Shown: positions 1 to 9,122, counted from the stretch's first letter. The stretch is 46,259 nucleotides of DNA from Crocinitomicaceae bacterium (GCA_029242295.1 JAQWUF010000194.1:1-46259); one strand, 5' to 3'. The notes: a model not told the origin generated them from the letters alone. Numbers and translations are program-made.

Positions 1-260
1 GGCTCAGCGTTGTAGATGAACTCAAAATATTTTTGATCAGGGAGCAACAAGCCCATGATTCCTGCTTCTTGTTTCGAACCATTGAATTCTACAACACCGT
101 TTTTCATAAAGGCCGTGTCTGCATACAACAATTTCTTACCGTAATACTTAATTAGGTGAACAGTTGTGTCTGGAACTCCAGTCACTTTAAACTTCATTTT
201 TTGCCCAAAAACGGACGAACTCAGTATGGTGATGAAAACAAGTAGGAGAAAATTCTTCAT
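1..260 (-). CDS. 5' part of a secreted DUF4369/TlpA-like thioredoxin-fold protein (gene continues past window start)
   Basis: Minus-strand ATG at 258-260. My translation is MKNFLLLVFITILSSSVFGQKMKFKVTGVPDTTVHLIKYYGKKLLYADTAFMKNGVVEFNGSKQEAGIMGLLLPDQKYFEFIYN..., a signal peptide plus an N-domain pattern typical of DUF4369 thiol:disulfide oxidoreductases. Family call is from memory and the catalytic domain is not in the window. Confidence 0.4.
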   Translation of the reverse strand, partial: MKNFLLLVFITILSSSVFGQKMKFKVTGVPDTTVHLIKYYGKKLLYADTAFMKNGVVEFNGSKQEAGIMGLLLPDQKYFEFIYNAE

Positions 261-344
261 AGTTTTTTCAATTGTTTATTGTTGTGTTTTATAAAGACGA
301 ACAAAATTAGTATTCGTGCACGTATTAACAGAACTTTAACAGAA

Positions 345-1535
345 TTAATATTCGTTAAAAATTCCTCTTTTCGCATTCAAGTAGCTTGCCAATCCAAAGA
401 GGATATAAGCCAGGGCCAAGGCTGCTATTGACACGCATGCTAAATCTGTGCCAATGTACAATCCACCGGTTTCAAACATGTTGTCTAAGAAATATTTGAA
501 TATAAAAAATATACCTACTCCAATGACGGAAACGATTCCAAATATTTTTATGAAATACATGGAGAAACTTCGAATCAAATCTTTTGGGGGATAACCCATT
601 CGCAGTAAGGTTCTTACTTCATATGCATTTCTAGATAGGAGCAATTGTAGATACTGAATTAGTACTAATCCCGAAACGAAAACGGCGATTATTGAAACAC
701 CTAGAACAACGAAAATTAAAGTCCCTACGACACTTTTCAGTCGACCAACAACCATTTGCGAGTTCTTTGATTCCAAACCTCGTTCTTTCAACATTTCTTC
801 CACCAAACCGAACTCACTTTCTTTACCTGAAATCATTATTTGGGTGATTTTGTTTTCGACCGTACCGGCATACACCTCGTTTCCATATTGCATAAACGAT
901 GCGGGAACTAAGATGGATGACACTTCGTTTGTAAATCCAATGATTTGAACGTTGACATGTTCTTCTTTGCTTGAATTATTAGGATCGCGAAGACGGAATT
1001 TAAATTTCAACTTCATGGCCAGATCATCCGATACTTGAGGTATTTCTTGTGCGCTCATGAAGGTGTTGAGCATAACGATAAACTCTCGAGGTAGAATGAT
1101 AGGCACAAATGCATCGCCTTTTTTCCATTTCCAATTGGGAACTTTAATATCTAAAAAATCAGCATCGACTGTTTGAACAAAAACATCTGAACGAAAGTAC
1201 GGTACGAGTTTCTCTGTTCTGTCGGTTTCAAATGAAACGTCAAAATTGTTGCTTTCAACAGGTTTTACGTCTTGAATAAAGGATTTCGCCTTGATTTTTT
1301 CGATTTCTTTTAAAGAAAAGTCAGTTTTCGTCAAATTCAAGGTACTTGCATTGCTCACTTTCTTTTGAACGATGATCGTATTGGGCCCAAGAATTTCTTC
1401 TCCTTTTCCAAATTCATTCACTTTAATCAAGTAGTGAATAGAGGTTACGAGAAAAGTAATTCCCATGAAGGCGCCCATCATCGCAATGATCAATTGTTTT
1501 TTATCCTGATTTCTGAATAGAATTTTGTTCAGCAT
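345..1535 (-). CDS. ABC transporter permease, FtsX/MacB-type
   Basis: 396-aa ORF with an N-terminal TM (LIIAMMGAFMGITFLVTSIHYLI), a large extracytoplasmic domain and three C-terminal TMs. It starts 4 nt downstream of the ATPase gene on the same strand. Confidence 0.75.
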   Translation of the reverse strand: MLNKILFRNQDKKQLIIAMMGAFMGITFLVTSIHYLIKVNEFGKGEEILGPNTIIVQKKVSNASTLNLTKTDFSLKEIEKIKAKSFIQDVKPVESNNFDVSFETDRTEKLVPYFRSDVFVQTVDADFLDIKVPNWKWKKGDAFVPIILPREFIVMLNTFMSAQEIPQVSDDLAMKLKFKFRLRDPNNSSKEEHVNVQIIGFTNEVSSILVPASFMQYGNEVYAGTVENKITQIMISGKESEFGLVEEMLKERGLESKNSQMVVGRLKSVVGTLIFVVLGVSIIAVFVSGLVLIQYLQLLLSRNAYEVRTLLRMGYPPKDLIRSFSMYFIKIFGIVSVIGVGIFFIFKYFLDNMFETGGLYIGTDLACVSIAALALAYILFGLASYLNAKRGIFNEY

Positions 1536-1539
1536 GGTA

Positions 1540-2181
1540 TTATAATTTTAATTCTCGTGTATAGTTGTAATCGTAGGTGTCGCCCAAAGAAGTCAGTACA
1601 AATCCTGCACCCAATTCTTCGCAACGTTCATGAATTAATTTCATGCATTTTTGCGCATTTTCCTTGTCCAAGTGCGAAAAAGGTTCGTCCATGATTAACC
1701 ATTCGAAAGGCTGACTTAGTGCTCTTACAATTGCAACTCTTTGCTGCTGTCCCATGGAAAGTAATCCGCAATCTTGTTTCCATTTGTCGCCAATTCCTAG
1801 AAATTCAAGTTGTTTTTTCAATGTCTCAACGGTCACGTTTTCTTGTAACATGTTTTTTAGTATTAGATTGTCTTCGACGCTCAGATTTGGAAACAGCTGC
1901 AAATCTTGAAAAATAACAGACATTTTTCCTTGACGAATCGGCGTCCAATCATTGGGTGAAAATGTTTTTATGTCGACACCATCGTATGTGATTTCGCCAG
2001 AATAATCTTTTCGGAGACCAATAGAGGTGAAGGTGAAAGTCGATTTTCCTTTACCACTTGAGGCGTTCAAAAGGATCCGTTCGCCAGATTTGAGCTCAAT
2101 TTTATTTCCCCAAATACTTTCCGCACTATGGTTTATAGATGCAAGTGGAGTAGGCATAACCTGGTTAAAAACAATATTCAT
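1540..2181 (-). CDS. ABC transporter ATP-binding protein
   Basis: Walker A SSGKGKST, ABC signature LSMGQQQR and Walker B LIMDEPFSHLD. 213 aa. Confidence 0.85.
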   Translation of the reverse strand: MNIVFNQVMPTPLASINHSAESIWGNKIELKSGERILLNASSGKGKSTFTFTSIGLRKDYSGEITYDGVDIKTFSPNDWTPIRQGKMSVIFQDLQLFPNLSVEDNLILKNMLQENVTVETLKKQLEFLGIGDKWKQDCGLLSMGQQQRVAIVRALSQPFEWLIMDEPFSHLDKENAQKCMKLIHERCEELGAGFVLTSLGDTYDYNYTRELKL

Positions 2182-2223
2182 GTGTCGCTTTTTACGGAAT
2201 GATTTTCAATAATCATTCCAAAG

Positions 2224-3147
2224 TTAAGAGATGATTTCTTTTTGGCGTAAGTCTTCGATTATTTCATCCAATCGACCTTGGGTTGTATTAGAGGTAAGCC
2301 ACTTATTATCATTGTCTCTGCGAAACCATGTTAGTTGACGTTTGGCATATCGACGACTGTTTTGTTGAATTTGAGAAATAGCTTCGTCAAGTGTTATTTC
2401 TTCTGAAAGATGAGCGAAAATCTCTTTGTAGCCAACTGTGTTCATACTTTGTAAATGCGAAAAATGGGCGACACTTTTGACTTCTTCAACTAATCCTTTG
2501 TCTATCATCTGAATCACACGATGATCAATTCTTTTGTACAGCTCTTTTCGCGGAAAGTCGATTACGTAACGAAGGGGTTCGAAATTCCTTTTTTGCTGAG
2601 AATTCGTTCTTACTTGCTTCATCGTTTTACCGGAAAGGGTATTGATTTCCAATGCTCTTAGTACGCGATGCGGATTATTCAAATCGACAATTTCAGCGTA
2701 TTCAGGATCCCTTTTCGTTAGTTCCAGTTGAAGCGACATTAATCCCTCTTTTTCGAGTTTCGCTTGCCATTCTTTCTTGACTTCTTCATTGGAAGGCAAA
2801 GGATCTAAACCATAACATAGCGCATCTATGAATAATCCTGAGCCTCCTGCCAAGATCGCAAAGTTTTGATTTTCAAATAGTTTATCTAAAACTGATAAGG
2901 CTTCTTTTTCAAATTGAGCAGCAGAAACAGGGTTTTCTATAGAATGAGAATTGATGAAATGATGTGGGGCACTATTGATTTCTTCTGGACTTGGTTTTGC
3001 TGTGCCAATTGAGATTTCGGTGTAGAACTGGCGAGAATCTCCAGATAAAATTTCACAGTTCAACTGCTGAGCTAGAGCAATAGCCAATTGCGTTTTACCG
3101 CTTGCCGTGGGTCCTTGAAGTACGATTAATTTCTTATCAGAACTCAT
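2224..3147 (-). CDS. miaA: tRNA dimethylallyltransferase
   Basis: P-loop GPTASGKT at the N-terminus, ..FYTEISIGTAKP.. and ..YAKRQLTWFR.. motifs, 307 aa. ATGA start/stop overlap with the upstream gene at 3144-3147. Confidence 0.9.
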   Translation of the reverse strand: MSSDKKLIVLQGPTASGKTQLAIALAQQLNCEILSGDSRQFYTEISIGTAKPSPEEINSAPHHFINSHSIENPVSAAQFEKEALSVLDKLFENQNFAILAGGSGLFIDALCYGLDPLPSNEEVKKEWQAKLEKEGLMSLQLELTKRDPEYAEIVDLNNPHRVLRALEINTLSGKTMKQVRTNSQQKRNFEPLRYVIDFPRKELYKRIDHRVIQMIDKGLVEEVKSVAHFSHLQSMNTVGYKEIFAHLSEEITLDEAISQIQQNSRRYAKRQLTWFRRDNDNKWLTSNTTQGRLDEIIEDLRQKEIIS

Positions 3148-4583
3148 TTGTATAAAACCTTGTATTCTAGATAACGGGCGTAGATTTCCCGCACGTATTT
3201 ATAAGTGATTGACCCTCTCATGGCACCGTGACGAACGACTTCATCGCCATAAAACTCTTTTTTGGATAGACGTAGAATCATTTCCTCGACATTGTCATCC
3301 CAAATTTTTGGGTCTTTTCCATATTTTGTAGCGAGTCGCTGAGCATCGTATACGTGTCCTTGACCACAATTGTAGCTTGCCAAAGTAAACTTCATACATT
3401 CGATATCATCCTTTATGGTTTTCTTCCAAATTTTAAAGTCGTAGCTGATTTTCTTTGCACCACCATTGATTTGCACTTCTGGCGGAGAATCGGGATAAAC
3501 GCCGTACGTTGGACCAATTTCAGGCATAAATTGCATGATTGAATACGCTCCACCAAATGAAACGGCGTTGGGGTTGAAGCGAGATTCTTGGAAACTCAAA
3601 GCTGCGAGCCATCGCCAATCTACATTGTGTTTGATACCTGCATTGCGGAAGAATTGTTCATAATCCGCCAATTTGCCTTTCGAATAGTTCTTCGTCGAAT
3701 TTGTTTCAGTTTTATCTCCTTCTAAATACCCAGCTTGTCCAAGCTCGAAGTATTTGTGATAGATGTATTTGTAAACAGGTGTTTTTGTGAATCCATCCAG
3801 CCAATTGTCCATTCTTGCTTTCAACAGAGGACTTGACTTCCGCATACCGAAAGCAATTTTTTGTTTTGCTGAAAGGGGCACTGTAACATCCAAATTATCA
3901 AAGAGTCGTGCATTGATTTGGGCAACGTTTTGTTCAACTACCGTATAATCGATCATTCCTTCCGACACCATTTCAATAAGTTCTTCTGTGCCGAGGATCC
4001 CATTTTCTTTTTGGATATATATTGTGTCACCAATTTCTTCCTGAAGATTTTTTAAGCGATCGAAGTAACTAGATTCCTTCCAGACATTGACCTTCTTTTT
4101 GGCTAATTGCGAGGCATCAGAAACAAAAAGGGTGCTTCCTAATGTATCTGAATTGGCCTTTCTTTGCACCAAGACTTGCGGAATACTCATTAGCGGTCTA
4201 CTAAAATTGATGATCTTTTTCCGGTCTGCAGTAACTGTAAGGTTACAGGCAATTACATCGCCATCACCATTTTTCACTTCGTCGATGACATGGTCGAGAT
4301 TATCAATTACCTTTATTTCCAGTTCGATACCTAATTCTTTCGTGAACTCCTTTAAGATTTCGTATTCAAATCCCATTTCCTTTTCTCTGTACTCGAAATA
4401 GGAGCTAGAACTATTTTCAGCCAAGACGATCAATTTTCCTCTTTTCATGATTTTGTCTAAATCAGAAACGTACTCATTTGTGTCGTAAACTGTAGGGTTT
4501 TCTTTTTCTTCCATCACACAGCCCAAAAGAAGAAAAGTCAGTACGAAACTGACCCATAGGAACTTATATGTGGATTGCGCCAT
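3144..4583 (-). CDS. MltF-like lytic murein transglycosylase (solute-binding family 3 domain + SLT domain)
   Basis: Signal/lipobox-like N-terminus (FLLLGCVMEE), a periplasmic-binding-like middle region, and a C-terminal SLT motif ..LSFQESRFNPNAVSFGGAYSIMQFMP.. Confidence 0.8.
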   Translation of the reverse strand: MAQSTYKFLWVSFVLTFLLLGCVMEEKENPTVYDTNEYVSDLDKIMKRGKLIVLAENSSSSYFEYREKEMGFEYEILKEFTKELGIELEIKVIDNLDHVIDEVKNGDGDVIACNLTVTADRKKIINFSRPLMSIPQVLVQRKANSDTLGSTLFVSDASQLAKKKVNVWKESSYFDRLKNLQEEIGDTIYIQKENGILGTEELIEMVSEGMIDYTVVEQNVAQINARLFDNLDVTVPLSAKQKIAFGMRKSSPLLKARMDNWLDGFTKTPVYKYIYHKYFELGQAGYLEGDKTETNSTKNYSKGKLADYEQFFRNAGIKHNVDWRWLAALSFQESRFNPNAVSFGGAYSIMQFMPEIGPTYGVYPDSPPEVQINGGAKKISYDFKIWKKTIKDDIECMKFTLASYNCGQGHVYDAQRLATKYGKDPKIWDDNVEEMILRLSKKEFYGDEVVRHGAMRGSITYKYVREIYARYLEYKVLYK

Positions 4584-4635
4584 TGAAATTTGAATAATGA
4601 ATATGAAATTTACAAAATAATTGTGAAACCTGAGA

Positions 4636-5223
4636 TTACTTGGGGAGAAGGACGAGGTTGTTCAGATAAACATGAGCGTCTCTCATATATATATCGAATG
4701 TTTTTTCTATTTCTGGTCTGAACTCATGGAATACGTCTAGACCGTTCACTAATTCATTTTCGAAGGAAATTCTTCGAGAAACACCTTGACACGCTTTGTA
4801 CAACTCATGTTCAAATTGATATTGGTACAGCCAGTTTTTTTCTCCCATTTTTGCAATTAATAAGCGAAAATGATCAGTGAATTCATCGTGAGAAAGGTCT
4901 GCAGAATCATAGAAATCTTGTGTGAAATCGGCTAAATCTTCCTCGTGGAAATCCTTCCAACTTTCAGCGAGTAGATGATCGAAATATAAATCGATTGCGA
5001 TGCCAGCAATCTTGGGAAGAGGTTTGTACAAAATTTGGAGCAGGTCATGAACTGCGGGATGATTGTCGATGTACGAGTCAATGCTTCTATGAAGAAATAC
5101 ACCTTGTTGTGTTTTGTGCCGCAAATAGGACAAATCCTTTCCTCGTACGAAATCACCGAAGAGATTTGCGAGCATCAGTTCTTTGTCGTTTCGAGAGAAA
5201 TAAAGGTGTCCAAGAAAATTCAT
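4636..5223 (-). CDS. acpH: acyl carrier protein phosphodiesterase
   Basis: The MNFLGHLYFS N-terminus and the 195-aa length are characteristic of the AcpH family. Confidence 0.75.
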   Translation of the reverse strand: MNFLGHLYFSRNDKELMLANLFGDFVRGKDLSYLRHKTQQGVFLHRSIDSYIDNHPAVHDLLQILYKPLPKIAGIAIDLYFDHLLAESWKDFHEEDLADFTQDFYDSADLSHDEFTDHFRLLIAKMGEKNWLYQYQFEHELYKACQGVSRRISFENELVNGLDVFHEFRPEIEKTFDIYMRDAHVYLNNLVLLPK

Positions 5224-5243
5224 CTGCTAAAGATAGATGGTTT

Positions 5244-5272
5244 GCCACGAATTGTACGAAATTGCACGAATG
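5244..5272 (-). repeat. 29-nt phased ATT(C/A)GTG-word repeat, copy 1 (reverse orientation)
   Basis: Plus strand reads GCCACGAATTGTACGAAATTGCACGAATG. Its reverse complement CATTCGTGCAATTTCGTACAATTCGTGGC matches copy 3 (36559..36587) at 25/29 positions. Confidence 0.7.
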
Positions 5273-5423
5273 TTTGTTTTGCATTATGGTTTGTTTTGCC
5301 GCGATCGCGAAGCCGAAACGAAGTTAATTATACTAAATTACACCATTTTTTGTACGGCGGCATAGCGATTGGGCCCAGCAGTATTTCTGTATTGTTCTCA
5401 TAGAAAATCACAGTTTTCATATA

Positions 5424-5452
5424 GTTTAGTGGAAATTAGTGTCATTCGTGGC
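5424..5452 (+). repeat. 29-nt phased ATT(C/A)GTG-word repeat, copy 2
   Basis: GTTTAGTGGAAATTAGTGTCATTCGTGGC matches copy 3 at 23/29 positions. It is inverted relative to copy 1, which lies about 150 bp away. Confidence 0.65.
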
Positions 5453-5465
5453 GAGAAAAAAGAGG

Positions 5466-5499
5466 ACAAAAAAAATCCTGTCTCGTTTGAAACAGGATT
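5466..5499 (-). terminator. rho-independent terminator of the DUF2795 gene
   Basis: Stem AATCCTGT (5474..5481) pairs with ACAGGATT (5492..5499). An A8 run at 5468..5475 is a U-tract on the minus-strand transcript. It lies 20 nt after the stop at 5519. Confidence 0.7.
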
Positions 5500-5518
5500 A
5501 CAGATTTATTAATTTTGA

Positions 5519-5740
5519 TTAATATTCGTCTTCGTTGAATAAGAAATCTTCGCGAGACGGGTAGTCAGGCCAGATATCTTCGATACTCTCGTATACGTCA
5601 CCTTCGTCTTCCAAATCTTGCAAGTTTTCAACCACCTCAAGTGGCGCTCCAGCACGGATTGCGAAGTCGATTAACTCATCCTTTGATGCCGGCCATGGGG
5701 CGTCTTCTAAATATGAGGCAAGTTCGAGTGTCCAATACAT
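5519..5740 (-). CDS. DUF2795 domain-containing small protein
   Basis: 73 aa. MYWTLELASYLEDAPWPASKDELIDFAIRAGAP.. matches the DUF2795 pattern as I remember it. Confidence 0.7.
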   Translation of the reverse strand: MYWTLELASYLEDAPWPASKDELIDFAIRAGAPLEVVENLQDLEDEGDVYESIEDIWPDYPSREDFLFNEDEY

Positions 5741-5772
5741 TTCTAATTGTGTTTTTGTTGTTTAATTTTCGG

Positions 5773-5780
5773 CAAAAGTA
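5773..5780 (-). promoter_or_regulatory. candidate Bacteroidota sigma-A -7 box (TACTTTTG)
   Basis: Minus strand reads TACTTTTG, which fits TAnnTTTG. It lies 33 nt upstream of the ATG at 5740. Confidence 0.35.
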
Positions 5781-5851
5781 ACCCTATTTTCAAAACTTCC
5801 AAATTTTGAGCCATAAAGTTTAACAACAATTATTTTTTATGTGGAATTTTA

Positions 5852-6400
5852 TTACATCCTAGGCGTCCAAGTACTTTCTTCTGCACCCAAATCTTGTGTC
5901 AATTTTCGGCTTAAAACAAATAAATAATCGCTCAAACGATTCATGTATTGAGGTACAATTTCTTCGACGTGGTCGTGTCTCCCTAAATCGACTATAATTC
6001 GTTCCGCTCGTCTGCAAATACATCGTGCAACGTGTGTATGAGAAACGGTTGTGTGTCCACCGGGTAATACAAAAGAATGCATTTCGGGCAATTCTTTGTC
6101 CATTTCGTCCATCCAATGTTCTAGGTTGATAATATCTTGATCGAACAGGCCTGGAATTTTCATTTTCGCTTTTTCGGGATCGCTTGCTAAATGCGAACCT
6201 ATGGTGAACAAACGGTCTTGAATTTCAAGAATCTGGTGGACATATTCTTTGCCGATTTCTTGATCGCGCACCAATCCCAAATATGAGTTAAGTTCATCAA
6301 CTGTGCCGTAGGATTCGATTCGCATGGAAGATTTAGGAACTCTTGTTCCACCGATAAGTGAGGTTTGACCTTTGTCGCCTTTTTTAGTGTAAATTTTCAT
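5852..6400 (-). CDS. PduO-type ATP:cob(I)alamin adenosyltransferase
   Basis: The track ORF 5852..6532 is trimmed to the ATG at 6400 (MKIYTKKGDKGQTSLIGG..., the canonical family N-terminus). There is an ATGA overlap with the stop of the HD gene at 6397-6400. Confidence 0.85.
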   Translation of the reverse strand: MKIYTKKGDKGQTSLIGGTRVPKSSMRIESYGTVDELNSYLGLVRDQEIGKEYVHQILEIQDRLFTIGSHLASDPEKAKMKIPGLFDQDIINLEHWMDEMDKELPEMHSFVLPGGHTTVSHTHVARCICRRAERIIVDLGRHDHVEEIVPQYMNRLSDYLFVLSRKLTQDLGAEESTWTPRM

Positions 6401-7023
6401 AGTTGAATTTCCTTCTTTTTTCGCTTTAACACAGCGATATTGTTCTTTTTGGTTTCCGATCGATTGGCTCTCGACCAATCTGTCCAATAAACATGTTTTA
6501 GGTCTAAATAGTTCAATTGGAAATCGAGCCATTCTAATTCTGAAAAATCACGACCGTAAAATGAATATTCTTTTCTTAATCTTTCGGCAATATTAAAATA
6601 ATCGGGTCGTCCAAAATAATCGTGGTCGGCATCTGAGATGATTTTATCGTAGATGTTTTGTACGTCAAATCCGGCTTTGGTTGAATGTATCATTTCACAA
6701 ACGAGTTGGATTTGTTCAACAGAATAATTGAACTTAGGCAATTCCGTTTCTGCCATTTTAATCGCCAACAGTTCGTTGTGTTCATGTTGGTGTATAAATC
6801 CTAAATCATGGTAAAGTGCTGCTGTTCGGATTAGTTCAACCTCCTGCGTTTCAAGTTTCTCTTGCTGAGCAATTTCTTCAGCAATTCGTTCCACATTAAT
6901 CGTGTGCTCATAACTGTGGTATTTGAGGGTAGCGGAAAGTTGATTTGAAAGTTTTAGGATCACATTCTTCCGCATTTCGTTGAATTGAAATGGATGTTGA
7001 AGTATATGGGTTAAAATATCCAT
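6397..7023 (-). CDS. HD-domain phosphohydrolase
   Basis: ..YHSYEHTINV.. and ..AALYHDLGF.. form the H...HD metal-binding signature. 208 aa. Confidence 0.75.
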   Translation of the reverse strand: MDILTHILQHPFQFNEMRKNVILKLSNQLSATLKYHSYEHTINVERIAEEIAQQEKLETQEVELIRTAALYHDLGFIHQHEHNELLAIKMAETELPKFNYSVEQIQLVCEMIHSTKAGFDVQNIYDKIISDADHDYFGRPDYFNIAERLRKEYSFYGRDFSELEWLDFQLNYLDLKHVYWTDWSRANRSETKKNNIAVLKRKKKEIQL

Positions 7024-7097
7024 GAGCTGATAAATCGAAGGTACTGAATTTTGCAGAAAACTGAAGGCAATATAGCCAAAGCTTTTGTGGTTTGTGC

Positions 7098-8315
7098 TTA
7101 TTTCATTCCCCTAAGGGCTTCCTCAATAGGGAAATCATTCTCAGTCAGTTCTAGAATTCGCTGAATTACTCGATCGACTGTTGCATCAGGACACGAAGCT
7201 CCCGAACTAATAATAATTCTCAAAGGGTAATTGTTGAGATTCACCTTCACTTTTTCTTCTACTTTTCGGTGAATATCGAAACTGGACCACTCCTCTTTGG
7301 CGTGTAATTTTGTTTCGTCATTGATGAAGTAAGTTGTAAATTTCTGTTCCAACAACTCAACCAAATGTGTCGTGTTTGAACTATTGTATCCTCCAACAAC
7401 CAAGGCAATATCAGCCTCAATATCGAATAAGCCAATAGTCGAACTCTGGTTGTCGTTTGTCGCGTAACACAGCGTGTCTCGTGTCTCGGCAATATGATCT
7501 TTCACATTTTCTTTGCCATATTTATCGATCATCGTTTGACGCAGATAATCGGTAATTTCTTGCGTTTCAGTGGCCAACATCGTTGTTTGATTAACCACTC
7601 CAATTTTTTCTAAATCTTTCTCAGGATTAAAGTTCTCAGAATATTTGCCTTCGAAATCTTGATTAAATTGTTCCAATGAAACTTTGCCAAGAATGAAATT
7701 AGAAAGTTTCTCAGCTTCCATTATGTCTTTGATGACCAGGCTTGGTGCATTTTGTCGACTGTGAGAGAAGGTAGCACGAGTTTCTTCGTGGTTGTACTTC
7801 CCATGAATGATGATTGTATGGTCACTTTTCCCCAATTTAACGGCGCGATTCCACACTTTTTCCACAAACGGACAAGTTGTATTGTACGCATTGGTTTGAA
7901 CACCAATTTCATTTAATTTTACTTCAATTTCTAACGAAGTTCCAAAGGCTGGAATGATGATAATGTCTTCTGCCATGATCTCGCTCCAAGGAATCAATTG
8001 ATTGCCCAAAGTGTCTTGTATGAAATCTAAACCATGACTTTGCAAATCTTCATTTACGCTAGGATTATGAATTATTTGACTCAGCAAATAAATGCGTTTC
8101 CCTGGGTTTTCAGCAATTGCTTTATAGGAAATTTCAATGGCATTCTCTACACCATAGCAGAAACCAAAATGTCGAGGAATCCAAAATTGAACTGTACCGA
8201 AGTCCAGAAGGGCAGGAGAGAAGTCCTTTTTTCTTGGATCATTCAGTTTGCGTTTGTTCTTAACGGCAGATATAATTGGCGAACGATAAAAGCTGGGGAT
8301 TACGAATGTTTTCAT
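7098..8315 (-). CDS. ispH: 4-hydroxy-3-methylbut-2-enyl diphosphate reductase (long form)
   Basis: Three Fe-S cysteine motifs: FGFCYGVENAI, NTTCPFVEKVW and SGASCPDAT. Also IIHNPSVN. It is 405 aa and has about 45 aa N-terminal to the first Cys motif. Confidence 0.9.
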   Translation of the reverse strand: MKTFVIPSFYRSPIISAVKNKRKLNDPRKKDFSPALLDFGTVQFWIPRHFGFCYGVENAIEISYKAIAENPGKRIYLLSQIIHNPSVNEDLQSHGLDFIQDTLGNQLIPWSEIMAEDIIIIPAFGTSLEIEVKLNEIGVQTNAYNTTCPFVEKVWNRAVKLGKSDHTIIIHGKYNHEETRATFSHSRQNAPSLVIKDIMEAEKLSNFILGKVSLEQFNQDFEGKYSENFNPEKDLEKIGVVNQTTMLATETQEITDYLRQTMIDKYGKENVKDHIAETRDTLCYATNDNQSSTIGLFDIEADIALVVGGYNSSNTTHLVELLEQKFTTYFINDETKLHAKEEWSSFDIHRKVEEKVKVNLNNYPLRIIISSGASCPDATVDRVIQRILELTENDFPIEEALRGMK

Positions 8316-8462
8316 GCTTGATTATAGTAAAACAAAGTTACTGATTTTTGTTTGAATGTATAAGTATCGATATAAGACTCGATGAATTAAAAATTCAACT
8401 AATTTTTTCAAGCTTTGCGTTTGTGTAGAAACAAGTTTTTCAAGAAATAGTGAACAGGTCTT

Positions 8463-8996
8463 TTATTGAAACAATTCTATTTTATCTATTTGCAGTTCGA
8501 ATGATTCATTATTCTTGTTGGCAATTAAAAAGGTGATTTCTTCCAAAGTTAAATGATTAAAATTTGGCATATTTAATTTTCTGCCTCGAAAAGAAGGATA
8601 AAGTTCGCTAAGTTGAATTTGAATCGTTTGCCATTCGCCTGAGGTTGAAAATGTTGTGATGTAGGAATACTCATGATTTTTATTCGCTTTGACTCTAAAC
8701 TGATAGTTCTTCCCATCTCCCTTTAGTCGAATATTTACGACTTCATTTTCTTTTGTTTTGATTTTATCAAAGCTATGTTGAACAGAAGCAAAACCGCCGT
8801 TATTTTTTGTTGATACCGTACCAGAGAAAACACCATTTCCTTGTTGGTTTATTTTTATTGAACTGGTCGATATGCCGCCCATCACACTATCATTAACAAT
8901 TCGCCATTTCGTGAGGGATGAATTTTCGTTAAAATCAAAAATTGTTACATTTTGAGTCGACATAAAAAGAAAGATTAATGAGAGGAAAAACGTCAT
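8463..8996 (-). CDS. CIA30-family (complex I intermediate-associated protein 30-like) secreted protein
   Basis: Signal peptide plus the ..WRIVNDSVMGGISTSS.. and ..GGFASV.. motifs typical of the CIA30 domain. Confidence 0.7.
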   Translation of the reverse strand: MTFFLSLIFLFMSTQNVTIFDFNENSSLTKWRIVNDSVMGGISTSSIKINQQGNGVFSGTVSTKNNGGFASVQHSFDKIKTKENEVVNIRLKGDGKNYQFRVKANKNHEYSYITTFSTSGEWQTIQIQLSELYPSFRGRKLNMPNFNHLTLEEITFLIANKNNESFELQIDKIELFQ

Positions 8997-9070
8997 ATTT
9001 GTAAGATTATGAAGTTATAACAGTTGAGTGAGTTTATAGTTTCGATTGTTCCGTTTTTACTTAAATCAAC

Positions 9071-9101
9071 AAAAACGGTCAGAAGCTATTGCCTCTGACC
9101 G
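9071..9101 (-). terminator. rho-independent terminator after the DUF4139 gene
   Basis: Stem CGGTCAGA (9076..9083) pairs with TCTGACCG (9094..9101). On the minus strand it is followed by TTTTT (9071..9075). It lies 22 nt after the stop at 9123. Confidence 0.6.
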
Positions 9102-9122
9102 TTTCCACTTTATTCCATATAC

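Noticed and set aside
2182-2223. The hairpin GGAATGAT-N7-ATCATTCC between miaA and the ABC ATPase gene, considered as a terminator.
   Set aside because: It has an 8-bp AT-rich stem, no U-tract, and sits inside what looks like a co-directional gene string. The evidence is insufficient.
5300-5309. The CGCGATCGCG palindrome, which contains the cyanobacterial HIP1 core GCGATCGC.
   Set aside because: It occurs once in the window and is GC-rich by chance in a short spacer. It is not evidence of a HIP1-like iterated palindrome.
4932-5403. ORFs 4932..5156 (-), 4995..5327 (+) and 5035..5403 (+) overlapping acpH and the repeat-containing spacer.
   Set aside because: They are antisense to acpH or run through the 29-nt repeats and the palindrome, with no motifs.
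5852-6532. The long 226-aa version of the adenosyltransferase ORF, and the TTG/GTG-extended N-termini in the track (17861..20515, 20543.., 22181.., 24880.., 31441.., 35044..36168).
   Set aside because: The canonical family N-termini begin at internal ATGs. The extensions overlap upstream genes or predicted -7 promoter boxes.
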